NCBI RefSeq assembly: GCF_004010195.1 | Contig: NC_057711.1 | Location: 83,453,930-83,473,929, forward strand | Reading direction: 5' to 3' | Source of the DNA: Chiloscyllium plagiosum | Taxonomy: Eukaryota | Length of the DNA: 20,000 nt | Shown here: positions 9,471 to 19,725 of the stretch, one piece after another | Layout: each line of letters opens with the position of its first letter | How positions within the stretch are numbered: the stretch's first letter is position 1 | Position numbers and translations under genes: made by a program | The notes under the pieces: model-generated | Databases searched by the model: none | The model's input: only the letters and a program-made list of their open reading frames with translations | Told to the model about the DNA's origin: nothing

Positions 9471-9930
9471 ATATTTAAAATAAATGAAGTTTATTTTCCC
9501 ATAGCAGAATGTATCTTTGCAGCAATGGTAACAAAGTATATCTTCTAGCACACTAATGTTCATTTTTAGTTCTTTCCCCTTTAGTTTCTCTCTAACCCTA
9601 TCGTTTCCCAATCATGTATCCTTGCAGACTGGGCATCATCCTCAATTCCTACTTTCCTTTAAAGATCTCTTAAAATATTGGTCGCTGTCAGTTACAGCAT
9701 TTTATAAAGCTGCAGTCCTACGGCTAATCAGACTCTAAAATTCCTTCGGCTCAAACATCACTTTTCTCTTATTCTCACTATTATTTTCTAAATGTGGACA
9801 TGGTTGTCATGATTATTATAAAGATATCCAAAGTTGTAATGGTCAGTTATGTTTTGTTAAAACATATTGATAAATCAAATTTATCAGCGACATGTTAGAA
9901 AGGAAGAATAACATAAAAATAACAAGGGAT

Positions 9931-10112
9931 AATGTTTCGGATCCAGTGACCCTTCTTTAGAACTGCATTTTAGTTCTGAGGAAGGATTACTGGACACGAA
10001 ATGTTAACTCTGCTTTCTCTCCACAGATGCTGCCATACCTGCTACCAGAGTTTTTTCAGAAATTTATATTTCTTGTTTCTGATTTTCGGCATCTGTGGTT
10101 CTTTGGGGTTTT
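9931..10112 (+). mobile_element. PLE pLTR with a short inverted 5' segment (two back-to-back decayed hammerhead motifs)
   Basis: The reverse complement of 9931-9964 (agttctaaagaagggtcactggatccgaaacatt) mirrors 9972-10005 (agttctgaggaaggattactggacacgaaatgtt), followed by the usual ccacagatgctgcc tail. Confidence 0.8.
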
Positions 10113-10227
10113 TTTTAATAAAAATAACAAGAGTATTTTAGAAGTATTCTGACAAGTTAGGAAAGTCAGGCAGGTAAAGTTACAGCCAAAAAGGGACATG
10201 ACATAACCATCTTTACATACAAGCCTA

Positions 10228-10690
10228 GAGGTCTTATGGTACAATGAGTAATATCCTACCTCTAAGCCAGAGGCTCCAGATTCATATCTCAACTCCAAAC
10301 TTGATGGCCAAGAAGGCACATTCATAACGGGGCCAAAGTGGTTGAGTATCAACTTATCAAATCCTTCCAACGTTGGCCAACAGTAAACAATAAAAGTGGG
10401 AGAAATTCAAGATAATCCATGCGATGGAAAGGAAATTGCAACTTTGACCATCACTTTCAAAGTGCGAGACTACAACATGCTGGTTGGTTGTTGCAGCACT
10501 GAGGAGTCCACTTTGCTGCAACAACCTGCACTTTTTTACGCATGTTGTAGTCTAGCACTTTGGAAAGTGATGGCAACCTTGTTCTGGCTGGGCTTTAATC
10601 AGGATTGATCTCTTTGCCCTGCTCATGGTGAAGGTCATGGTACGGTGGGTTGGACCTTATTTTGGGCAGAGAACTGAGGAAGCACATGCA
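10228..10690 (+). mobile_element. Possible old tRNA-derived SINE hosting the hairpin element
   Basis: Decayed box A/box B-like head gaggtcttatggtacaatgagta..ccagattcatatctc. The 3' limit is uncertain. Confidence 0.3.
10448..10573. repeat. 126-bp foldback / MITE-like hairpin
   Basis: Outer inverted repeat 10448-10480 vs 10540-10573 (1 mismatch, 1 indel). Inner perfect 13-bp inverted repeat GGTTGTTGCAGCA / TGCTGCAACAACC. Confidence 0.85.
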
Positions 10691-10723
10691 TAAGTTTAAA
10701 AATATAAATTTTTACAGTATTTG

Positions 10724-11340
10724 CAAAGATTTGTAGCTCAGGTGGTGGATGAGGTTGTAGATTCGTTTGCTGAGCTGATGTGGTTTTCTGCAGATGTTTC
10801 ATCATCTTGCTAGGCAACATCATCAGTGCATCTTCGATACAGTATTGGTGGTCTGTCCTGCCTGGTATTTGTCTATCTCTGTCTTATGGTGCTTCCGGTT
10901 CTGTATCTGAGTGGGTTACATATGGGTTCCAGTTCAATGTGTTTATTGAGTTCTGGTTGGAGAGCCAGGATCCAAGGAATTCTCTCTGTTTAGCCGATGC
11001 TAAGATGGTTACATTGTCCCAGTTGAATTTGTCAAGATTCGAGTGGTGCTGGAAAAACACAGCAGGTCAGGCAGCATCCGAGGAACAGGAAAATTGACAT
11101 TTCAGGCAAAAGCCCTTCATCAGGAAATTTGTGTCCTTTGTTGTCTGTGTAGTTGGAAATACAGTGTACTGGTCATGTCTGACAGTGGTGAGCTGGTGTT
11201 CGTGCCCTCGTATAGCCAGTTTTCTTCCTGTTTGTACAATATAGTGTTTTTCACAGTCTTTGCAGGGTATCTTGTAGAATACATTCGTCCCATTGGATGT
11301 GGGTATTGGGTCTTTAACCTTTGTGAGGAGCTGGCGAATA
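10724..11340 (-). mobile_element. PLE (Penelope/Poseidon-type) GIY-YIG and pLTR fragment, interrupted at 11033-11125
   Basis: Minus strand reads IRQLLTKVKDPIPTSNGTNVFYKIPCKDCEKHYIVQTGRKLAIRGHEH..KFNWDNVTILASAKQREFLGSW, a GIY-YIG domain with CxxC. The pLTR hammerhead-like motif GCA CTGATGA..GAAAC ATC TGC lies at 10829-10790. Confidence 0.9.
11033..11125 (-). mobile_element. 93-bp pLTR-only insertion with hammerhead motif and 7-bp TSD
   Basis: Minus strand reads tc CTGATGA A GGGC TTTT GCCT GAAAT GTC AATT..cggatgctgcctgacctgctgtgtttttccagcaccac. AATTTGT is duplicated at 11026-11032 and 11126-11132. Confidence 0.85.
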
Positions 11341-14300
11341 AGACAAGCTAAAATGTAATTTTATCTCATTTTTTATGATATCGATTAAGTGCTATTGTAC
11401 ATTTTCTTCTGTCTTTCAACAAAGTCTACTTTATCTTGTATGCTGCATGTGAGAGTTAATGTCACATTGCAACAAATAATGCATCTTATCTAAAACTATA
11501 TGATATTGAAATTCATCAAATTTTAAAGTGATGTTGTACCCTGTGGCAAAACTTAGCACGCAAGCATCCATTTTCACAATAAGAGTGTAAATACAGTCAA
11601 CCTAGCCATTCAAGTTATATCAGTTCTGTGCCATTTTTAAATAAACTCTTTCAAGAATGATGGACATATTTAAGGAATATAATAACTCAAACCTCCTCTA
11701 ATTCTGAGACTCTATTGTTTTACTAGGTAATTCAAGAACTAGGGGATTTTTGACGAGATTAAGGCAACTGTCATAAGCTCATGATTTTGTTTTAGCTCTT
11801 AATGAGGTGCTCAGAGACCATTTGATATGTAGGATTAATGATGTAACTATGCAAAAATGCGTAATAGCTGAAGCACAACTGGACTTCAAAGAGGCACTAC
11901 AACTAGTTTTATCATTGGAAAAAGCGGCAAGTGGAGCATACGAGTTACAGGGTATTTTGGTGGAATTGGACACCTCCACCAGTCTGACTCAACTTGGGAA
12001 CATCACTTGAGTGCAGGCATAGCCTCACTCAGGATATATCCTGATCAAAGCAACTCTAGGTCGGCCCACAGCAAAATCCCAAAACAAAACCAAGCCTCAT
12101 CCAAATAGTTAAAATTTTCTTCAGAATCCTGGCTGGTAAGTCATTGCAGGTGCTGCTGTTATGTGGACTCACAACAGCAAAGGAGTCCTACTAGACCTAA
12201 ATTGAGTAAGATAACGCATAGGCCGGTATGCAGGAGAGTTCATATCTTGGAAACTCCATCTACATCTGGTTTGGAACAATTAAAGTACTTAACAACATCC
12301 AAATCAGATCCAATCAAAATAAATGTCTGGTTAAGCGGTTATCAGTTCTAATGGAGGCCGAGACCAGAGCAGCTGAATTAGTGATCACAGAATCAGTTTT
12401 TAACAAAATTTGCTCTGGACTCCAGTCATTAAATTTGCACAAGATCTCGGCTAAGCTGAGAACCTATACTATGAAGCCTTAATGGATTAAGGGTACAACT
12501 TTGATTTCGGTCTCTTATAAAAAGCAGCTGGTCCAGTTACCACTGATTGTAGTAAAAGATTCAGTCCCAAGCTTGGAGTGAAATTGGTTGCAGGAAATTC
12601 ATCTGGATTGGCTCAACATTTTTCAATTAGAAAACATCTGCCTGAGTGAAGTTCTAATTAAATACCTGGAAGTCTTCCACAAAGATTTAGGGACTATCGG
12701 AGGAACCAAGGCTACCTCACATGTTGACTAGGAAGCTATACCATGATTCTGCAAGCTCTGCCCAGTGCGTTATGGGCAAAAGTACAAGCAGAAGTCAGAA
12801 GAGAGGAAACTGAAGGAATCATCATACCAGTCCAGTTTGTGGAAGGTGCAGCACTGGTTGTACTGATTTTGAAGTCTGATGGATCAATTCACCTTTGTGG
12901 GGATTTTAAACAAAAGGTCAACCACCTTTTGTAGCTGGATAAATACCCAGTCCCTTGGATGGAGGAGTTATATGCAAAAACTGGCAGGAGCCTGTCCTTC
13001 TTCAATCTGGACATGAGCCACACTTACTTGCAATTGCATTTAGACAAGGATTCCCAGATTAAGTTACAATGAATGTCCTTAAGGGTTTTACCAATATACA
13101 AGACCACCATTTGGGGTATTGTCAGCCTATTCAATTCTTCAAAAGATGGTGGAGAACATTTTGCAAGGTCCATCTCAGGTCGCCGTTTACCTAGATGAAA
13201 TTTTAATAGGAAAACTAATAAGGAACACTTAGAGAACTAGGAGATAGTCCTAAAGTATTTTTCCACAACAGATGTATGTCTAAGTAGGGAGAAAATGTGT
13301 GTTCCAAGCCCCAGATGCTACAGAATCAGCAAAATGGGGTTACACCCGTTGGAACATAAAATGAGAGTGATCAAAGGTGTCCCAGCTCTCATGTCTTCAA
13401 GGAGCTTAGGTCATTCCTTGGAATGGCAATTTGTTACAGAAAGTTCACACTTACTCTGGCCTTCTAAAGAGTCAGGCTTAGACAAGCCCTAGCTGTCAGT
13501 GAAGTAGAGAACAGTTATCATCCTGTGATCCCAAGAAAGATTTGGTATTGACATGCGATGTCTCCCTGTATGGCATTAGCATGGTCTCAGCTCATAGTTG
13601 GTCCAATGGACAGGAATGCCCAATCGCATATGCTTTCAGGACTTTGGCCAATACAGAGCATAAATACACACAGACAGAAAAGGAAGGTTTGACGGTTATA
13701 TTTGGAGTCAGAAAGTTCCACAATACCTTTAGGGACAAAAATTCGTGATAATCATGGTCCACAAACCTCTACTTCATCTGTTTAAAGAGGAAAAGGCCAG
13801 TGTCACCCACAACTTTGTGTCACATTCAGCAGTGGACTCTAATACTGAGTCTTATAATTATACGTTAGAATAGCGTCCAGGAGACCGAGTAGCGAATGCA
13901 GATGCATTGAGCTGCCTTTCATTAGTGGGTACACCATTGGTGGATCCCCTAATGGAAGTGTCTGTAATGATATTAAATTTTTTGGACACATCCACAGTCA
14001 CAACTAACAACATAAGACTTTGGATGCAGAAAGATCCAATCTTTTCAAAACTGAAACAACTGGTGGTGATGCAGGAAATGCATAAGGCCATTGTAACTAA
14101 AACTGAAACCTTTTTGGACCCAGAGAGACCAGCTCACAGTAAAGGATAGCATGTTATTATGGGGAGCTAGACTGATTGCCTCAAGCAAGGGTCACCACCA
14201 ACTACTGGCTGAACTACACCAAGGTCATGCGGGGTCTCCAAAATGAAGATGTTGACAAGGCCCACATGCAGACATAGCCACTTTGGTGAGGCAGTACCCA

Positions 14301-15365
14301 GAGTGCCAACAGGGGCAAGACAATACAGCCAGCAGTTCCACAATATCCATGGCAATGGCTGGGTAAACCTTGGACTTGATTGCACTATGGAGGTCCTGTC
14401 ATGGTTTCAATGTTTTTAGTCTTTGTAGATGCCTACACAAAGTGGTATATAGGTTTCATTCATGAAATATGGGGACAGGGATAGAAAAACTACATGCATC
14501 TTTTTCAATACTCTGAGGCCCAGAAGTATTAGTCACAGATAATTGATTATTGTTTGCCAGCAAGGAATTTGGGTAATTCCCAAAGTCAAATGGGATTTAA
14601 TATATAAGGAAAACTCCACACCAGCCATCAGCCAATGGTCTGAGAGATAGATCAGTTCAAACTTTAAACACTGGCTTGAAGAAACAATCTACAGCCTTGC
14701 TAGATACCAAGTTGTCAATGTTCTTATTTGATTATTGGACTATTCCATTTGCAGAGATAGCACCGCCAGAATTGTTAATTGGTAGAACACTCCGCATCAG
14801 GTTATGTCTGATCTTCCCAGACCTAAGGGGGTGGTGAAACAGCATCAGGAATACTAATGCCAGACACAAGACTCCACCAAGCGAGAGAGACAGATTGATA
14901 TGGGGGCAGGGGGGGATGGTGGTGGTGAAGTTGGGTTTAAGAATCATGAAAATGGCCCCAAATGGGTAAGATGAATGGTCAATGTGCAGTCAGGACCAGT
15001 GATGCACAAAGTTTGGGTAGGTATAACGGTCTTGAACAAGCACGTGAACCATATGAAAGCTGTGAATTTGCAAACAATGCAGGAACAAAATGTGCCCTAC
15101 CCCTTGGAACAGTAGGAAAGGCTGCCAGAACCTATGAATTCACCCTCTCCATCAGGTGTTGACGAATCCTCAGAATCAGAGACAGAAATGGTGAATGTAG
15201 CCGTCTCAATGCCTATGATGTCGGATGAAGAGGGTGAAATTCTACTGAGGTGCTCCTGGCTCAAGAGGAAAAGTCCCATATCAGAAGAGTTGGAAGAATC
15301 TAAGCCAATGCTAAAATGTCTAGGAGGCTCTCCAAGAGAAAAGACCAGCCTCTGTTTGCAGACTC

Positions 15366-15378
15366 AGAGGGGGAGGGA
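15366..15378 (+). other. Polypurine tract of the Gypsy element
   Basis: AGAGGGGGAGGGA lies immediately before the TG at 15379. Confidence 0.8.
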
Positions 15379-15595
15379 TGCAATGCATGGAACAAGGATA
15401 GCCAGCATATGAGTTTCCTATTTGGGCCGTTAACCGGATCCAAACAGAGAGCCCTCGCTGACATAAAAAGGAGTATCAGATATTCCAACACTCTGAGACC
15501 TGTTTCTGAAGAGGCAGGACTGAAGTCAAGCACCTTTTATGTGTAAATAAAGGGTGACTTGGTAACAGGATACTGGCCTCTGTGGAGTTATTTCA
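15379..15595 (+). repeat. 3' LTR (about 217 bp)
   Basis: Starts with TG after the PPT, has TATA-like CATAAAA (15462-15468) and AATAAA (15546-15551), and ends ..gagttatttCA. The right boundary is inferred because there is no second LTR to compare. Confidence 0.7.
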
Positions 15596-16997
15596 ATGAG
15601 GTTGATACTCATTTGAATAATGTTGGAAACATAAATATTTCCAAAGAATGGTAAGACAGGACATTTTCTGGGACCGACTGATCCAAGCTTCAGTTCCATG
15701 TGAGGTGACATCACTTAACATAGGACCTCTCGCACATGCTCAGTAGCTATTCTTAAAATAAAGATCTAATTAATTCGTAACTCCACACCACCCATTTGAA
15801 CAGGGGTCAAGCAGCAATGCTTCTTGCTTTGGAAATCTGCTGCTGAACAGCAGTAGTGATACTTACACAGCAGACTACAGATACAGGAAGTGAATGGAGT
15901 TTCATTCAATTTTCCTCCTATTCATAACACTGGTATTGAGATCAAATAACCCAAGGTACACTAGGCAGTAGTATATTAGGGGCTATAACAAATCAACAGC
16001 TCGTTTTTCAACCTTTTTGAACTTTTTTATCCATTAATGACTGTCTCACTGCTACTCGTTTTGCCAATGAGTTAAGGCAAATGTCACCCCACATGTGTGA
16101 TTTGGAATCCATGGAAGGGAAGATTCTGATTTGCATTACTAGAGGAAAAATTTTTCTGTATGAACATCAGGCTTTCTGAAATGTGATGTCCTCAAATTTC
16201 TTGAAAAAGAACTAAGCATTTTTATTTCCGTTGGTTTTGGAATTGATTCTTTTATTCTTGGGTACAGTCCAAACAAATTGTTTTGACATCAAAAGTTGAT
16301 ACTTCACTAAATAAAGGGAGTGAAGTTTGGTGTTAGAGTGCAAACTAAGTAGATGACATGCTAAGAAGGCAAATCGATTTGAACATCTGGTTTTCGCACC
16401 AAATCCAACAGCTACCTGATGAGTTAAACATGCCTGCAGTTAGAAAAGCAGATACCTGCAGGACGAACACTTTGGCATTGATTAGAAATAATTGTCCTGG
16501 AGTAGTTTATGTGGATTTCACATACTCACTTCAGCTGAAGGGTGGAATACACTGAGTGTCATGTGAAGAGTATTTTCTCAGGGACTAGGAGGCATATTTT
16601 GAGGCAGAGGCCTGGGAAAATTTGGAGAAAGAGAGTGTGTCAATTCAATGGTGTTCTCTGGCTTCCTTGCACACTTCCCAGAGGTGGTTCCAGTCTTGGA
16701 ATGGCAGTAGACCTGAACCAATGGAAAGCTGATTAGAGATTATCAGCAACCAAAAAGCAGCACTTTTCTGGTAATGTTGTCAACATTGCACTGAACTTCA
16801 CAAGCAAACTGTGGATCCACGTATAAAGTCTAATACCACAACGTCTCTAGGGGTTCTTAAAATATGTAGCTTTAATTCTCCCTGAGAGGTATCAATTTCT
16901 TCTCCTCATCTGGTTGTAATTCACAGTAACAAAAGGCACATGAAGACCAACTGGTCAGAGCATCATAACAGATAAGTCAAATCTAACACTAAATTAG

Positions 16998-17085
16998 TTG
17001 ATAAAGTGTGGTGCTGGAAAAAGCACAGGGCCACATTTTATCAACTCTGACTCTCTAGCACTTGCAGTCCGCACTTTCTCCTTTG
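16998..17085 (+). mobile_element. Internally deleted palindromic PLE-derived insertion with a 13-bp TSD
   Basis: agttgataaagtgtgg..ccacattttatcaact inverted repeat (15/16) plus the tail ctgactctctagcacttgcagtccgcactttctcc, as in 3787-3822. AACACTAAATTAG is present at 16985-16997 and 17086-17098. Confidence 0.85.
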
Positions 17086-18320
17086 AACACTAAATTAGCA
17101 AACCTGAGCTTGTCTGAACAGACCCGAGCAGGAATAAGCTTTAAAAGTTCCATCTAATCCTCTGCACAGGATAGTGTTGGTAGTGAGGAAGTAAAAGCGC
17201 TTGCTCATCATTTTGTCCAGCCCTCCTTCATTCTTCGTGCACCAGTCACAATCTCACTCGAAATGCTGATGGATGTCTTCAAGATGTCATGCACACTAAC
17301 TCACGTTCCCACCTCCACAATCTACATGCTCTCCTTCATTGGCCAGTGAGGCCAGAAGCTGTCTCTTAACTGAGTGTCTCTCGTAAAATTACCCTGGGAC
17401 ATGCAATGTTGCTACCAATGGAACAGAGTTGTAAAATTTGTCCATGCTGCCAAAAGGTGTGGCAGGTTTAGCCAACAGCAGCTGGTTCCATAGTTCAGAG
17501 ACTGTGTGAAAGTGTGCATAGCTTGATATCACTGTACTGGAGATCCTGCTGGAACAGGTCAAGAGAAGGAAAGAAATGTGTTAGCAGCAATGTATCTCAC
17601 CATCATGTCCGTCTCTCCTGCAGCAGCCAAAGTTGCTGCTTCTGGCCTCATGTCTCCTCCCATTCCTCTGCCGACCAAGGAGGATCAGATATTGCTGACC
17701 AGCACTCCTTATCATCTGGTGACTCTAACAGACTTACAAATAAGATGCAGGAGCACAATATTCACTCATTTTAGACACAGTCCTCAGAGAAAATCTAGAA
17801 TAAATGTTAGTAGACTGCTCTGATGAAGCCTGAACAATATGTCCTACGAAGTCTCTTAATATGTTTCAAGTATCTTCATCAAACCTCCAGCAGCATATGG
17901 AAGTAAAATGTGGAATATTATTTAGTAATGTTCAAAATTCCCTGCTTATTTACTTCCTATCAGCTAGTTGTTATTCAAAAGTAGAGTTTGGTCATGTGCT
18001 ATTCATCAAAGAAATTCTGCTGACTCTTAAATTGCTGACAAGCATTAGTTGCCACTTTAAATAGCAGTCAGCCCATTAGCATCATCCAAGCAATTGCTCC
18101 CAATGCAAAAATTATCTCCTTCACTGTGATCTAAACCAATATTTCAGTGTTAATACCCCTCTAGGATGACTGACAGGGTAGCAGTGGTAATGTGAGGTCA
18201 CACCACTGGTGGTGTCAGCACTCTTGACTAGATACTGCAGTCAAATAAACTGAAAGAGAAAACAGCAGAAAACGGATTGGTGCAGCAGTGGCAGAGACAG
18301 GATTCTGGGTGGGTTCATTG

Positions 18321-18500
18321 TTCAGTAATGCCTCCATACTGGTTCTCCTCCAAGCTACTGGACAAGGTGTAATAGGAGGACCGATCCACCAGAACAAGGG
18401 AATAAGAATGGAGATTGTAGAGAGAGTTAGTAATTGTGGAGTCTTTCCTAGAACTTAGCTGCAGTGCCACATGAGAGAGCAATCTGCCAATGTGGTTGCA
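18321..18500 (+). pseudogene. Decayed Myb/SANT-like DNA-binding ORF fragment, probably from a PIF/Harbinger transposon
   Basis: A single frame reads FSNASILVLLQA..MEIVERVSNCGVFPRT*LQCHMR, fitting the FS..L..LL / W.EIA..V / RT..QC..R pattern of Myb/SANT-like domains. Confidence 0.5.
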
Positions 18501-18603
18501 CAAGTACTCTTCTTAGTATCTTGTATGTGGTGATGTGCGAGATAAGCCATTAGAAAAGTGTTGCCAACCCAGTGTTTGATAACAGGGCCAAGCAGCAACA
18601 TCC

Positions 18604-18900
18604 GGGGTGGCACGGTGGCTTAGTAGTTAGCCCTACTGCCTCACAGCGCCAGAGACCCAGGTTCAATTCTAGCCTTGGGTGACTGTCTGTGTGGAGTTTG
18701 CACATTCTCCCCATGTCTGCATGGGTTTCCTCCGGGTGCTCCAGGTTCCTCCCACATTCCAAAAGATGTGTACGTCAGGTGAATGGGCCATGGTAAATTG
18801 CCCAAAGTGTAGTTATTAGTCAGGGGTAAATGTAGGGGAATGGGTTCAGTGTGAACTTGTTGGGCTGAAGGACCTGTTTCCACATTGTAGGGATTCTAAT
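18604..18900 (+). mobile_element. HE1-type V-SINE
   Basis: Box A TGGCTTAGTAG and box B GGTTCAATTCT, with the same core and tail as 1785-2108 and a small internal deletion near 18845. Confidence 0.92.
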
Positions 18901-18969
18901 TGCCTGTGGCAGGAACTGCAGTCTTTCAGTGTAAGACCTGGTCCAGTCAGCTGACTCTTCAATGGCACT

Positions 18970-19650
18970 TTTGAATGAATGAATTAATGATTTTATTGTC
19001 ACATATATTATACAGCGACAAAAACAATAAAATACAGTGAAAAGATTTTCCACTGACACTATGATCCAGCACCATTTTGAATAGTTTTAAGAATAAGAAA
19101 AGAAATAGAAAGATATAGCTTAAAGAGAGTCCATCGATCCTGAGATAGTCATCATCAACGTTGCCTACACCACCATCCCTCCTCCACTGCCGCTGTCTAC
19201 ACTGGAACCAAGCAACGTTGAAGACACCACTCTTCAGGTGCCATCTTTCATTGCTGGGCTGATTCTCCGCCAGCACTGGATCCACCAGTGTCAGAGCATT
19301 ATCTCTTGCTGCAGGGCCCACCTCATCGATGTCACTGTGATGCCTTTCCACCACCGCTTCACAGCCACTAGCACCAGGCTCAACCAATGACAAAGTTGCT
19401 AATGCTCGGGCACTTACTTTTGCCGCTGGGCCTACCTCACTGGCATCACCTACGCGGATGCAGCAGCCGCCGATTCCAATGCCAGGTCCTATGCTTGTCA
19501 CAGAAAACTAAAGGCTCACTCATGTCCACTCTGAACTCACTAGTTACTGTCACCATGAGGTCCGTGCTTGGCTCATTTGAGTCCATGCTGAATCTACTCA
19601 AGTCCCACATCTGAGTAGTCACAAGCAGACAGCATACATGTGGGACCATC
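18970..19650 (-). mobile_element. Retroposon with a LINE-type 3' tail and (ATTC)n end; body unclassified
   Basis: The minus-strand end reads cttttcactgtattttattg..atatgtgacaataaaatcattaattcattcattc. The body is GC-richer with an imperfect internal direct repeat, and its 5' limit is uncertain. Confidence 0.5.
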
Positions 19651-19725
19651 ATGTAGAATCAGAAGCAGCTTACATTTTATGTTCCTACCGTATATATTCT
19701 TTTAAATGTCAAATTTTTTAGACTA

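Larger units (their letters stand above)
11641..15595 (+). mobile_element. Decayed Ty3/Gypsy LTR retrotransposon (gag-PR-RT-RH-INT and 3' LTR; 5' end missing)
   Basis: gag LRDHLICRINDVTMQK..LDFKEALQL; protease-like MEAETRAA (12351); RT ILKSDGSIHLCGDFK..VAVYLDE (13188-13199); RNase H LTCDVSLYG..PIAYAFRTL..YTQTEKEGL; integrase ELHQGH..FVDAYTKW..PEVLVTDN..HQPSANG. Domains are in Gypsy order, with many stops and frameshifts. Confidence 0.95.

Noticed and set aside
16411..16475. Possible extra hammerhead (CTGATGA..cctgcag/ctgcagg..GAAC)
   Set aside because: It has GAAC instead of GAAA, no stem I or stem III, and no pLTR context, so it is likely chance.
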